Shown here one piece after another: positions 40,201 through 53,782 of a stretch of 64,000 nt of DNA; position 1 is the stretch's first letter; each line of letters opens with the position of its first letter. This stretch comes from Paraspadella gotoi (taxonomy: Eukaryota; Animalia; Chaetognatha). The stretch covers positions 2,787,611 to 2,851,610 of the forward strand of contig CM119271.1 of the NCBI GenBank assembly GCA_051294375.1, given 5' to 3'. A program made the translations under genes and the position numbers. The notes under the pieces were generated by a model. It was given only the letters and a program-made list of their open reading frames with translations. It made no database searches and was not told the origin of the DNA.

Positions 40201-41744
40201 TTGCTTTCTCTAAATTAATTAATTGAAAATATTTTATAATGTTTGCGTGACTCAAAACAAAAATTTATAGAAAAATTTGAGGCGTGTTTTTTGTGATAAA
40301 GAAAACCTGGTATTATCAAAACACAGTAAAAGTAAAAATGATAAAATAATAACAACAACAACTAGTATTTACATTGGCTGAGAAAAAGGTCAGCCATAAC
40401 AAGATTGGGTAAAAACAGGTCATTCTTATTGACCACTACTGTACTACGGCTCACAAAGTACAAAGACTTCGTGCGTCGTTTTCGTCATTGTATTCATCGT
40501 CGTTGTCGTCTTGTTCAAATCATTTGAGCTCCCAAATGTTCGATATTATTATTTTAATTAATTATATGTAATTAATTAATAATTTATTTTTTTTCAATTA
40601 ATTAATCAATTATATACCGCTAATGATCGTGGGCAGATCCGGCATTGTTTGCTCAAACTTTTTTATTAATAATTTTGATTTATTTATTTTATATATTTTT
40701 TTTATTTGCTTTTTTGTTCAGTGCAAGAGGGGAAAAAAAAAGAAGATAGAGAGAGAGTGTGTGTTAAAGATTTAAGTATGTATAAGCATAATATTATGCA
40801 ATATTGCCAAATAAAACAGATCAATCCTTTTGGTTTAAACTTGTTTTGTAACATGAAAAATGTTATGGAATTAAAAAAAGGAGACTTAAATTTAAAGAAA
40901 AATAATGAAAATATAAGAAATAAAATTTTTAGTTTTATAGAATTAAAAAAGTTTAATTTAAATTTTAATTTAAGTTAATTACAGTTTTTTTTCAGATAGA
41001 AAAAATCTTTTTTTAGCTCAGATTTTATTTGAATATATTAAAAAGAATAATTAAAAAATAAATATGTAATTTTTTTTTTCATAATCCGACCGAGGAAAAG
41101 AGAATAAAAGAGAACAAAAAAATAAAAGAAGAGAATAAGAAAATGATAAAAAAAAGGAGCAAACAATTTTAAATGTTGAAAATAAATATTGAAAACAAAT
41201 TTTAAAGAAAAATCAAGAAAGAGCAGGGGGTTGCAAAGATTTAAATACATTAAATACCTTTCATTTCTAACCAATAAAAACAAATGACAGGAAGCGAACA
41301 CGCAGGGTTATTATAGCTTCCGGGTTCAATCTTTATTCTCAATTTTTCTATCGCTCCCGGTTTCGGGTTCTTCAAAAATCGCCGCTTCCACAGTGTTCGG
41401 TTTCGCTTTCCGGATCGCGTTCACATCTCTGATTTTAAGACCACAAAAATAAAAAAAAAAACACTTCAAAACAAGAAAAATTCGTCATTTACGACATTGT
41501 TCTTGACTTCAAATTTTATTTTGCCCGACAAAATTTTTACATTTTTTTTTACAGTTGAAACCTTGAAATGGATTTAGTAAGAAAAAGGGGGGAAAAAAGT
41601 TATCTTATTTAAATTTTGAGGTCGTCCACGCAAATTTTATAGAATTACAAAAACAAAAATTTTTTTTTTTTAATTATCGAAAAACCATTTTATCAAATCC
41701 GGAATCTGGAAAAAAAGAGAAAAAGAGTGAATATTGGCACCTAT

Positions 41745-41809
<65 letters not shown>

Positions 41810-42456
41810 TTATCTTTCTCCCTCCAGGTTCTCCCATTTCCATCCACCGGGAAAAAAAAACGATCCATCGATTTTTGTGATCTCCGTATCAACGTCCTCC
41901 ACCTCCTCTCCTCCTCCTCCTCCTCCTCCTTTTTTTCTCTGTCTCTCCACGCCCTTACTTCAAATTCACAACTTAACTCACTCGACGTATCTTTAATTCT
42001 TTATATTAAAAATTTAAATGACATTTACTAAATACCAAACTATTAAATCAAACATACGTCTCCGTGACTCCAGCCCTCAGATCGGAAAATCCGCTACCCT
42101 CGGAAATCACCGCTCCCAAACAATTCTCTCGACACCTCTTACCCGCCATTTCGGTTCCCATGACGACCGCAAACAACAAGATACGAAATCGTCTTTTCTG
42201 TTGCTGCGGAGTCCGACGCCGCGGGGACTCGGATAACAAGTGAATATATAACTCCCTTTGTTTATAAATATTTCTTTGGAGTTAATGGAGTTATTTTTTT
42301 ATATAATTTATTTTCTCTGTCTTTCTTTTTGTTCTCGTTTCTTTCTTTCTGTCTTTTCTCTAATTCTTTCTTTCCTTTTTTCTTTCTCTCTTTTTTTTTA
42401 TCTTTCCTTGAGTTCTTTCTTTGTTCTCTTTCATTCAGTTCTCTTCAATTGTAACC

Positions 42457-42507
<51 letters not shown>

Positions 42508-43871
42508 CATCGTAATCAATTTACTCGGAGGAAATCTCCTTAACGTCTTAATCTTTTTACTTATGTAAATTGCGACGTTCGTCATCGTCGTCGTCGTCTA
42601 TGTCTCTATCATCAACATCCCCAGCGTCCCCGGATGTAATTCGACTTTTTGACTATAATCGTCGTCGTCGTAATTTTCGTAGTTGCCATAGTGACGGTCC
42701 GGAATAATAAAATATAAAATATGAGTTTAATTCTAACTGGTTCGTTACAAATTTTCATCATCTCTATTTATCATTTGCATCATTTGCATTCACGAGAAAC
42801 TGAAACGTTGACTCAATTGTCAATAGTTTTTATCATGTATGTAGCCCACCGTAGCCTGTCCAAAGATAGCTTATTCATTCATTAAATGAATTGATAGTTT
42901 TTAGATCAGTTGCGCCAATCTTATAAGATCAATTATGTAGTTTTTTTCAGAGAGCTCATTCTGGTTTGGAGTTTCAATTCGAGTTTTCTCAATAAATAAT
43001 ATTTAATTTAAAACTTTCATTTTTCCTAATGGCAATCAAAGACCAAAAATATTACAAATTCAAAGATAAATTATCCTTGAGCGTTGATATGATAAATGAT
43101 TATATTATCAGTACATGAGATGCGAAATTAAATCCGGTTGTTATATACTTAAGCGATTATTAAACATAGGTTAATCAGGATAATCAACAAAAGAACATCT
43201 ATGTCTTCTCTTCGCCATGATGAGATCCTTGAAACCCTTCATGGTCGTCGTCGTTATCGTCGTCGTCGTCGTCGTCGTCATCGTCGCAGAAGACTATCAC
43301 TCAAATCATTGTCATCATCCTCACAATTATCATAATTATCCCAAAAGTCCAATTTCCGAAATATCAGAATTATTGTTCGGCTTCAAAAATGCTTACATCA
43401 TCAATCGTCCCTGTGGCTAAATAATAATAATAATCATTATATTTATCGTAGTCATAATCATCATCATGATCATTATGATCATCATCATCATCATCTTCGT
43501 TGTCGTCTTCATCATCATCATAATCATCATCATCGTCGTCGTCGTTTTCGTCTTCATCATCCTCATCATCACCATCATCTACTTCGTCCCTGTTATCTTC
43601 AGTCGCCCTCTTTTTCGTTATCGTCGTCGTCGTCGTCCTCGTCGTCGTCGTCGTCTCTCCTTAGGCGGAACGAAAGATAAAGTTGGGTTTTGACAAGTTT
43701 CAAGGTCGCGATTGAGTCAGAAAGAGATGGAGGTGCTCAGGGAGGTGCTTTAAGCAGATGTCTCACGGATATGAACGGCACGAGCAGGTGTCAGTCTGGA
43801 TCTTAAATCTATTTATAGCCCTCTGGCGGGGGAAAAAAAAGCATCGCTCTAATTCTACTGGATACTGTTCA

Positions 43872-44112
43872 GTGTTCACTTGTCCTAAACAATTTGTTCA
43901 CTTGTCCTAAACATTTTGTTCACTTGTTCTAAAAAATTTGTTCACTTTTTCTAACCAATTTGTTCACTTGTTCTAAACAACTTGTTCACTTGTTCGAAAC
44001 AATTTGTTCGCTTTTTCGACCCAATTTGTTCACTTGTTCTAAACAACTTATTAACTTGTTCGAAACAATTTGTTCACTTGTTCTAAACGATTTGTTCACT
44101 TGTTTTCAACAA
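43872..44112. repeat. 22-bp tandem minisatellite, ~11 units
   Basis: Unit TGTTCACTTGTTCTAAACAATT. Confidence 0.9.
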
Positions 44113-44700
44113 TTCCTGAAATCAAACAGTTTTGAACGATCAACCGAAGAAATCGCTAGTTTCTGTTTTGGCCGAAAAACTGCGTTACTTTTTTTTCCTC
44201 TTCACGACTCTTGAGCTAAATTGTTTTGGGTCTCCACGTTTCCACACTCCCCCCCTCGACTCCTTTTTTCTTGGGGGGGGACTTCAGGAAACGTTTCTTT
44301 CGGAAGCAGAACGGTAACCGAAGGGTTCAACAACCGGGCGACTGAAGCCGTGACTGTTATCGACTGTGAAGCTCAGGCTGATTGACTGTCTCTTTCCGAC
44401 CTACCCAATGGTTTTTTTTTTTCGCTCTATCATGACATGACATTACATGATTCATGTGGACTGTGGATGGAACACTACGCCTGGGATGGTGTGTTCTCCC
44501 TCTGAGCCAATGGATTTGGCTGAAGGATGGTGGACGTGAGGCGGTGTGAATATACCGCCACACCACTTTATTTGTGAGAACAAAAGCGAGTCGATATATC
44601 GTTCCTGTTACTGCAAAATAGTTGATTTCGCTAAAGGGAGAGTGCGTTGAGTTATCGGCGATGCATTAAGATCGTCTCGTTTTAGATCAAGAGAAAGAGG

Positions 44701-45098
44701 TTTTGTAGTTGCGCCGCGAGTATTCGGTCGGCCAGTCGGTCGGTCTTTACGTCCGCCCGAAATCCTCATACCCTAAGACGTCCTGATTTTTAGTTATGCT
44801 GTAGGTACTGATAGAGCAATGCTTTAAATTACTTTTTCCTTGGTTGGTCGGTTGGTTACTGGTTAGTAAGTTGGTCCATCGATCTGTCAGTCTTATATTC
44901 AAATTTTGAAATGTTCGTAACTCGTTTAATACTGCATCGTTTTGGATAATGCTTATCAGAAAGGTTGTGAACCATAAAACATATGTTTTGTACTTGCCCA
45001 GTCAAATGATCTTAGGCTTATGCTTGTCTTATATCTACTGGTTATATATCACAGGTTAACGCGGCGCAACACCGTGAGCTTGTCGGTTCTTGTTTTTT
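44701..45098 (+). mobile_element. Helentron-associated (HINE/DINE-1-like) short element
   Basis: Subterminal inverted repeat GTTGCGCCGCG (44708) and CGCGGCGCAAC (45060). GGTC/GTCY microsatellite near the 5' end, short ACCG..CGGT hairpin, then a TCTTGTTTTTT end. Confidence 0.7.
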
Positions 45099-46053
45099 CA
45101 GGATGAATAGATTTCTCGGAATTTTGGGAGAAAAGGTCACAAGGTCGCTTCTCCTATCTCCTATCCTAAGTCAGAAGTATGTTTCGTCTAAAATTACTAT
45201 CAATAAAGATGAGTCGTTTATCACCTTTATAAAGGACCGGGATGACGGATAGAATATAAACGACTGTGAAAGATTAAATCTTGAGTTAAAAAACGGACGG
45301 CGTTACTGTTCACGACTGTGAATATGTACATTTAGACTTTTTAATATGGTCATTGCTTTTGTTGGCCGAACAAAATAAACAAAACAAAATAAGTTATACT
45401 AAAACAAAAAAAAACACATCTACAATCTCATCGCAAGAAAACGTCGATCTACTAATTCGATTCAAAAAACATAAACATGTTTTGTTTACATCTTTGGTCC
45501 TTGAAATGGTACGCGATCCAATTCAAGAGGAAGACAACGATGATGACGACGATGACGACGACGAAGATGACGAATTTAAACGAGCAAGCACTCGTTCCTC
45601 TCCAGACATCTCTTCTCTCCCAATCGGCTAATTCCCCCTTTTTTGATCCAAATAAACGAATAGAAATTTTCCGATCGGCCTTTTTCCTGGAGTTAGGTCC
45701 GGAAAGGGTTAATCCATAAGCTAAGAAGATTCAAAGGTTTAGAGGGTTTTTAAAATAATGAATTTCAAAATTAAATCAGAACAAAAATTAAATTGGCGTT
45801 AGCGAGGGAAAACGGGGCACTATTTAAACTTGTGATAATGATTTTTAAAACAAAATCAATTAATATATACTACATTATTATCATTAAAAGAGAATTTTTT
45901 TTTATTTTGAACAATAAATTTATTTAGCAAAATAATGTCTACATTATTATCATATGCATTGGATTATGTTCTTAGGGCGAAATTAGGCTAAGAGGAAGAC
46001 GCAAATATTCTGAAACCTGTCTCTGAATAGACAAACCCGGAAAATGAATAAGG

Positions 46054-46096
<43 letters not shown>

Positions 46097-48519
46097 AAGT
46101 CGTTGAGTGGAAACGAGAGAAAATGGAACCGTGGAATCTGACATCGTCGTCGTCATTTTTGTCGCCGTCCTCGCGTTTTCCGTAAATTGCGATTTTGCCG
46201 TCTTTTTTTTTTCACGACAATCTCGGGAAATTTAATTTATGCCGTTTATCAACAGTCCTTTCGAAGTGGTTGTCTCTATTTTTGTAGTTAATGTTATCGT
46301 TTTAAAAAAAATTTTCAAACAATTTTTGTATTTTTGATCTCATTATATTAGTGGGACTTGGTCGTAACCCAAATATTTAACGCCAATCTCTTACCAAAAA
46401 GTACTTAACCTAACCCCTTTTCTCTAACCATAACGCCTAACCCTGACCTTAACTCTAATCTTTAAAACTAAATTTAAGCTGAAACGGGTCGGCTTTGAGA
46501 AAAACGTGCCCGATGAAGGCGGTCATCAGTATTTCTCTTCTTGTCGTGATCGTTCTCTTTTCTTTCCCCAGGAAATTTCTCTCCTCCTCTTTTCCTTTTT
46601 TATCTATTAATAGGAACGCAAATGGTGGCAGCGAATGACCTCTTCTCCTGCCCCCCCGACTGCTCCTCCTCCCCCCCCACTCCGCCCCTTTCCCCAACAC
46701 AACTTCGACAAGAGAAATTCCCCGAGCGTCCATGAAGAAAAACATTGTTTTTTTGCGCTTGCTTTTTTTTTTTTGCTTTTTTTTGCTCTTTTTTTTTCTG
46801 CTTTGGTCATTATTGTTTTCGTCGACGTCGTCGTCATTGCAGAACTTATTGTGAGTGTCGTTGTTGTTATTGTCGTCGTTTTAACTTTTAAATGTTTCAC
46901 ACTTTGCTCTTTTTTAGTTTTGTAATTACTAATTTTTTGTCATTTATTTAAGAATGTCATTATATAAACATTATAAAGATAAATTGACGTCAATATAATC
47001 TCTATCATCATCATCGTCGTCGTATTCGTCGTCGTCGTCGTCGTCGTCTTCGCTCCGCCCCAACAGAGTCATTGACTTCTTTTAATTAAACTTCGAATCC
47101 TTCGGCGCCATCTTGAAAAAGGGGGAGGGAAAACGGAGAGAAAAAAATAGCAGAAAGAAGAAGGAAAAAATAGAAGGAAAAAGAAGGGAAAAAATATATA
47201 AAAAAATATTCTTATTTTTTTCCCCCTTTTTTTTTTTATCTTTTGTTTTTTCTCCCTCAACACTTTTTCCTTCTTTCATCTTTCCTTCGTGTCCCACATT
47301 CAGCGATCTCTCTCTCTCTCTCTCTCTGCAATACATATTCATCAATCTTCGTCCACCTTGTTGTAGTTATTCCTACTATATTAGATAATTCATAAAATAA
47401 TATAAAATAATATGTGAGAGATGTATTGTGAGAGATTCTTGATTGAAAGCTTGCAGGGACCTGCTAGCGTGCTATGTCATTATCGTTTAGTATATGACGT
47501 GATTTGTTTGACTTAATCGAGAATGAACTTTATTACCGTGGCCTCAAGGTTGAAATGTCAGGCACGATGAGCCCATAGTTTGACTNNNNNNNNNNNNNNN
47601 NNNNNNNNNNNNNNNNNNNNNNNNNNNNNNNNNNNNNNNNNNNNNNNNNNNNNNNNNNNNNNNNNNNNNNNNNNNNNNNNNNNNNNNNNNNNNNNNNNNN
47701 NNNNNNNNNNNNNNNNNNNNNNNNNNNNNNNNNNNNNNNNNNNNNNNNNNNNNNNNNNNNNNNNNNNNNNNNNNNNNNNNNNNNNNNNNNNNNNNNNNNN
47801 NNNNNNNNNNNNNNNNNNNNNNNNNNNNNNNNNNNNNNNNNNNNNNNNNNNNNNNNNNNNNNNNNNNNNNNNNNNNNNNNNNNNNNNNNNNNNNNNNNNN
47901 NNNNNNNNNNNNNNNNNNNNNNNNNNNNNNNNNNNNNNNNNNNNNNNNNNNNNNNNNNNNNNNNNNNNNNNNNNNNNNNNNNNNNNNNNNNNNNNNNNNN
48001 NNNNNNNNNNNNNNNNNNNNNNNNNNNNNNNNNNNNNNNNNNNNNNNNNNNNNNNNNNNNNNNNNNNNNNNNNNNNNNNNNNNNNNNNNNNNNNNNNNNN
48101 NNNNNNNNNNNNNNNNNNNNNNNNNNNNNNNNNNNNNNNNNNNNNNNNNNNNNNNNNNNNNNNNNNNNNNNNNNNNNNNNNNNNNNNNNNNNNNNNNNNN
48201 NNNNNNNNNNNNNNNNNNNNNNNNNNNNNNNNNNNNNNNNNNNNNNNNNNNNNNNNNNNNNNNNNNNNNNNNNNNNNNNNNNNNNNNNNNNNNNNNNNNN
48301 NNNNNNNNNNNNNNNNNNNNNNNNNNNNNNNNNNNNNNNNNNNNNNNNNNNNNNNTGAATGGGATAAATTTTATAATGGTTTGTTAACCGCCATTTCATA
48401 AAATAATCAGATAATAATCGTCAAATTTCTTTCTCATCTTAACGAAGTAGGTGCCCGGTCGGTCATCCCGCCTGACCCCTGGTCCCCCTCCTTACCCCCC
48501 CCCGTCCGCGTTCTGCTCG

Positions 48520-48542
48520 GTCTTCTTCGTCGTTCGTCTTCG

Positions 48543-48574
<32 letters not shown>

Positions 48575-49349
48575 GTCGTCGCCATCGTAAAACTTTGTCC
48601 TCGTTGTCCTATCGTTATCGTCGTCAAAGTTTACGTCGTACTTCGTCGTCGTTGTCACCGTCATTGTTTCCGTCGGCTTTGTCATCGTCGTCGTCGAGGT
48701 CGTCGTTCTTCAAAATCCGCTCATCTGTCATCGTCGTCGTCGTCATTCTATGTTCTAACGTCAATCGAAATGTACAACGTCATTTTTATCATTACCTTCA
48801 ACGCCAATGTCGTCGTCTTCATCGTCTTAATCTTCGTCAATGTCATTTTCTTTGTCATTTTCCATCGTCGCGTTTTTTTTTTTGTCCGTCGTCGTCGTCA
48901 TCGTCGTCAATATATTCTCGTCGTCGTCATCTCATCCTTATCGTCGTCCTCATCGTCGTCGTTCGTCGTCATCGTCGTCATATATTTCTCGTCGTCGACA
49001 TCTTCATCGTTATCGTCGTCGTCGTCGTCATCGTCATCATAAATTCTCGTCGTCGTCATCTTCATCCTTATCTCTCCTATCATCGTCCGTCGTCGTCATA
49101 TATTCTCGTCGTCGTCATCTTCATCCTGATCGTGTCCTCATCGTCGTCGTCGTCGTCGTCATATATTCTCGTCGTCGTCATCTTCATCCTTATCGTCGTC
49201 CTCATCGTCGTCGTCGTCGTCGTCACCGTCATCTCCTCATCCATCAAAGATCATCTCTCACTTTTTTCTTTCTTTTTTTTTTCTTTTTTGCAGTTTCACG
49301 TCGGAAACGACGACGAAAATCACGACGATTGATGGCGAAAATGAAGCGA

Positions 49350-49382
<33 letters not shown>

Positions 49383-49690
49383 AGGCGACGAACGAGAAAA
49401 AGGTGAGAAATAAAAAGAGATGAAGACGACGACGACGACGACGACGACGACAATGAAAACAATGACAACGATAAACGATTTACGAAGGTTAAAGAATTGA
49501 TGACGACGATAATGACATCGATGACAAATATAAACGATAAGGATAATTATAATGACATAGATGACAAAGATAAACGATAATGATAATGACTAGGATGCCA
49601 AAGATAAACGATAATGATAATTATAATGACTTAGATGCCAAAGGTAAACGATAATGATAATGATTGACATAGATGACAAAGATAAACGGG
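48520..49690. repeat. (GTC/CAT)n trinucleotide-rich tract switching to (GAC/GAT)n, followed by ~39-bp repeats
   Basis: Directly visible low-complexity sequence; it explains the long spurious ORFs here. Confidence 0.85.
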
Positions 49691-51888
49691 TCCAAAAAAA
49701 ATGTTGACATCTTTGAAATATTTGATGACATAAAATTTAGCAAATAATTTTGCAATCTTCGTATGTATATATGCGATTTTATTCGAAAGCAAGGTTGAAT
49801 CAGTACAATCAAAATCAACAAACTTTCGTAGGCTAAGTTTGACCAAACGAAAACATAATAGAATAGAGTAAAAATATTTTTAAAAACCCCGTTAATCAAA
49901 ACAAATTAATACGTGAACAATTTAAATCTGTTTTAAAAAAATTAAAAAAAGTTTAAGTTTAGACAAATCAAGACTCACACATTGTCATTGATGTCATTGA
50001 TGACAATGACGAACGAAGTCGAGAGTAAGTTGATAACGACGACAACGAAAATATCGACAACAATGATGACAACGATAAATGTTCGTCAACGATATAAATC
50101 GCAAGCTCACGTGACTCGGAAAGGCGCGCGTACTCCATCACGCCCGGAGCGTCGGTGATTAGACAGTGAAAAAATCAATGACGCCCATCGCTTCACGGGC
50201 GATGGGCGTTGGGCATCGGGCAAGCCGCTATGGGCATTGGGCTTTGGGCATTGGGCATTGGGCGTTGCCGGGAAAAGGAAGACGGGATGGAGAGGAAACC
50301 CCAGGGGACGGCACTGATTTGGTTTGAGGGTTTTACGAGAAAAGAATCTATGTATCTATCTATCTATCTATCTTTCTATCTATCTATCTTTCTAATCAAT
50401 CTAATCTATCATTTCATCCGTCTATGACTCTTTCTTTTTGTCTTTCTTTCTATCCATCTATCGGCTAAAACGATCGTTGCAACTCGCTTATTAACAAAAG
50501 ACGTTGTTCCTTTATTCGGAGGATCGAGAGTCGATAAAAAAAAATGGCGAACGAGAGACCAAGATGGCGCACGATTTTGAAAATTCACCGACGACGACGA
50601 CACTGACGACGACGGCGGCGAGGACAATGACGAAGACGACAATGACGACGACAACAACTACGACGACGACGAATACCTCTCCCTCGTCTCCAACGAAACA
50701 AATGAGAAGATCCTTCTGCTTCGCGGACTGCGGTACGTTTTCATGGCCGGGGGGGGGCGGTGGGGTGTAGAGTTGTGGCGGTGGGTGGCACCATTTCCCG
50801 AGAGCGACCCATTTCTATTCTTAATCTTTGAACTTCATTTTAGCTTTATTATTTAACTGTTTGTACAAGTTAAATCTAATCCCTTACATTTATGTCTAGC
50901 CCAAAAACCTAATTTCAATCTTTAATCCCTAACCTTAATGTTTAATTTTATTATTAATCTCTAATTCCTCAAAGCAAATCTCAAACCTACTCCCCATTCC
51001 TAACTTAATAAACTTTATTCCTAAATTAGGTTGAAATGGGTTAATTTAGGAAAAGATGGCCGAGGCTCTTTGCTATGAGCCCCTTTAAAGGCTTTGGAGG
51101 TGGAAAGTACAATTTTGGAATGAGAAAAAGATCAGAAATAAAATGGTCGGGTTGGTTCATCCGTCTGTTTGGGAAGTTAGGGAAAACGGTAAAAGGAAAT
51201 TAAAAAAATGTACAAATAATGTCTGTCTGTCTGTCAGTCCATCCGTCCGTCCGTCCATCCGTCCGTCCCCCTTAGCCTTGAACGCCGATTACTCATGTAT
51301 AAATATGACGATTAACCTTAAATTTTGTGTGTAGGTAAAGAAGTGTGTGATTAAGCTGGAAATAAAGTTTTGATGGAATCGTCAAAGTGAAAATAATAAA
51401 CTATTAAATTTTGCCTGTTTTTCCTTTTATATAAAATGTAAAAGCATTTTGCAATAACAAATACTACAATTATAACAAATACTATAACCACGACAACCAC
51501 CACAACCACTACAACTACAAATACTAAAAACTATTACGACTATCCATGCATTATTACCAGAATTAAAACAGCAACCACATAAAAAAAACTATTGATTAAG
51601 AATATTTTTAATTAATTATAGTAAATGAAAAAAAATTTAATCATAACTTATCATCTAATTTGCTGCTTACCGCTAAAAGCTTATCCTACGTTGTTTGCTC
51701 AAACTTAATTACTTAGTATTTAAAAATTTAAAATTAGGCTAAAGATTAGGATTAAGGATTAGATTAGTAATTAAGGTTATGGATTTAAGATAAGTCAAAA
51801 GGATAAAAGATTATGGTTAAGTATTAGTTAAGGGTTTGGTCTTATAATTAAAAAATTATATTAAGAATTATGTTAAAAGTTTGTTAAT

Positions 51889-52150
51889 ATGAAATTGGTA
51901 CAACCAATATAAAAATTATTCATTCATTTAATAAATAAGCTATCTTGCCCCTGACTTTGGACAAGCTTTGGTGGTTTAAGGCCTCCATCACTCTTACAAG
52001 ATAATTACATAGCAGGTCCCTGCAAGCTTTCAATCAAAACTCTCTCACAGTCCCGTTTATTTACTCCCAGAGTACCTGGCTTCCTTATCAATGAAGTAGA
52101 AAATATTTCAAAGAATGTTTCAATTGTATGAAAAGACCACTCCCTAATAT
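51889..52150 (-). mobile_element. Copy of the short interspersed repeat family just downstream of the APOL-like stop codon
   Basis: Reverse complement of 5462-5692 with substitutions. Confidence 0.75.
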
Positions 52151-52229
52151 ATAATAGTTAAATATTAAGGTTAATATTGAGTTCTGGAAACAGAAATGAG
52201 GCACTTTTGAAAAAGAGAGCCAAAATCAG

Positions 52230-52552
52230 TTATTCCACAAAGGGGGTGCTCTCTTCAAAACACAATTCATTCTCAGTCACAGTGAGTTGAATTTGATCAT
52301 CTTTTCCATCTTCTCCACGACCGTATTCTTCATCTTTGACAGTGAGCAAAGCGAGCGTCATAAACTCTTGGTACATCGTGATGATGGCCGCTTTCTCCGT
52401 CGTGTTTCCGGCCTCCAACGACTTTCGGCTCTTGTGGATGTTGAAGCAGTCCAACCCGAATCCCGCGACGCCGGCTACGATGCCGACGACGCCACCGACT
52501 TTGGCCGCGAAAGACGCGGCGCGAAAAGCGTCGTCCGACATGCTGGCGATCA
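52230..52552 (-). CDS. Apolipoprotein L-like, terminal exon
   Basis: ttcttcag|TG ATC, phase 1. Encodes AAKVGGVVGIVAGVAGFGLDCFNIHKSRKSLEAGNTTEKAAII, like the APOL C-terminal LDVxxLVxESKHLHEGAKSETAEEL helix. Ends in TAA. Confidence 0.8.
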
Positions 52553-53782
52553 CTGAAGAATACGGGGATTAAATGGCTATTTTAATGCACCTTTACAATA
52601 ATTATCATTATGGGAATTGGTTCTATAAGCATAAAAATTACCCATTTGTTCAATAAATAAGTTATCTTGCCCCTAACGTTGGACAGTAAGACGTAGTGAA
52701 AGTTACATACAAAAATTATAAAAGTCGATTATGAACATTAATTTGTAAAAAAATTAAGTTTGTTTTTTAATTTTTTTAATTTTAATTTTTTTCAGCAGAT
52801 TTGAATTCCTCGTCAAAAGTTGATAAAAGATAATATAAATCATTTTTAAAAATTCTTTCATTAAGAGGGTTAAAAATTTAAAAAACTATATTTAATATAT
52901 AAAAAGTTAATTTTCAGCTTAAAATATAGCTTTTTCTAATTTTTGACATGACCCACTTAATAAAGGAATTTTTTAGACCGCTAAACATCTTGATAATTTT
53001 TACCAAAAATCTCATCAAGTAAAGTCATCACATATATTTCTTTTTAAAAACTTTTATGACGAATCCAAATCTACAAAAAAATCTTAGAAAAAATTTTAAC
53101 CTTTATTGGTTTAGTACTATTATAAATATGGCCTACTGCGTAAATTGTAAAATTTATTATAAATTTTTTTATTACATAAATGTTTATTAATATAATGTTG
53201 TTCGTTTCTCACTTTTAGAATTTTAATTAAAGTTAAATTTAGAAATTTTACGACGCCTTATTGGACAGTTAATAGTCTCCAGCTTAAGGCATCCATCCCT
53301 TTTTCATGATAATAACATAGCAGGACCAAAGACCCTGCAAGCTTCAATATGGACTCTCACAGTTTAGTATATTCACTCCCAGAGTGTGTACAATTGTACA
53401 TGGCCTCCCTATCATTAAAGTGGTATAGTGTTTTCCTGAACTGTTACAATTGTATAAAAGGACCACTCCCTTGAGTATTACATCGGGGAATACTATATTG
53501 TACTCAGTACTAGCATCAAAATACAAAGAGTTGATGGTTATGAAATTGGTACAACCAATGTAAAAAGTATTCATTAATTGAATAATTTGATTATTTTAAG
53601 GTAAAGTCTTAAATTTAATGTTATTTTGAAAAAAAATTATTTCAAAAGAAGCAGCAGTTTTTTTGTATATTTTTATATCTTCAGATAAGGAATGACGCGT
53701 TGTTGAGAAATCAAAATTCCATCCTTTTTAGTTGCGCCGCGAAGTAACTCAAGTCACTTTTCGGTCGGTCAGTATGTCTGTC

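Larger units (their letters stand above)
38870..41431. mobile_element. Non-autonomous hAT-like DNA transposon, ~2.56 kb
   Basis: Imperfect TIRs CAGAGATGTGgaaGCGATC and GATCGCgttCACATCTCTG. 8-bp flanking repeat ATTTTAAG at 38861-38868 and 41432-41439 (one extra C at 38869). GC-rich subterminal repeats, no transposase ORF. Confidence 0.8.

Noticed and set aside
43872-44112. CRISPR-like array
   Set aside because: Contiguous 22-bp units without unique spacers, eukaryotic context, no cas genes.
47533-48401. ORFs spanning N runs (also 19494-20011 and 56516-56992)
   Set aside because: Assembly gaps translated as X.
48451-49364. 293-aa and 174-aa ORFs
   Set aside because: Produced by stop-free (GTC/CAT)n trinucleotide tracts.
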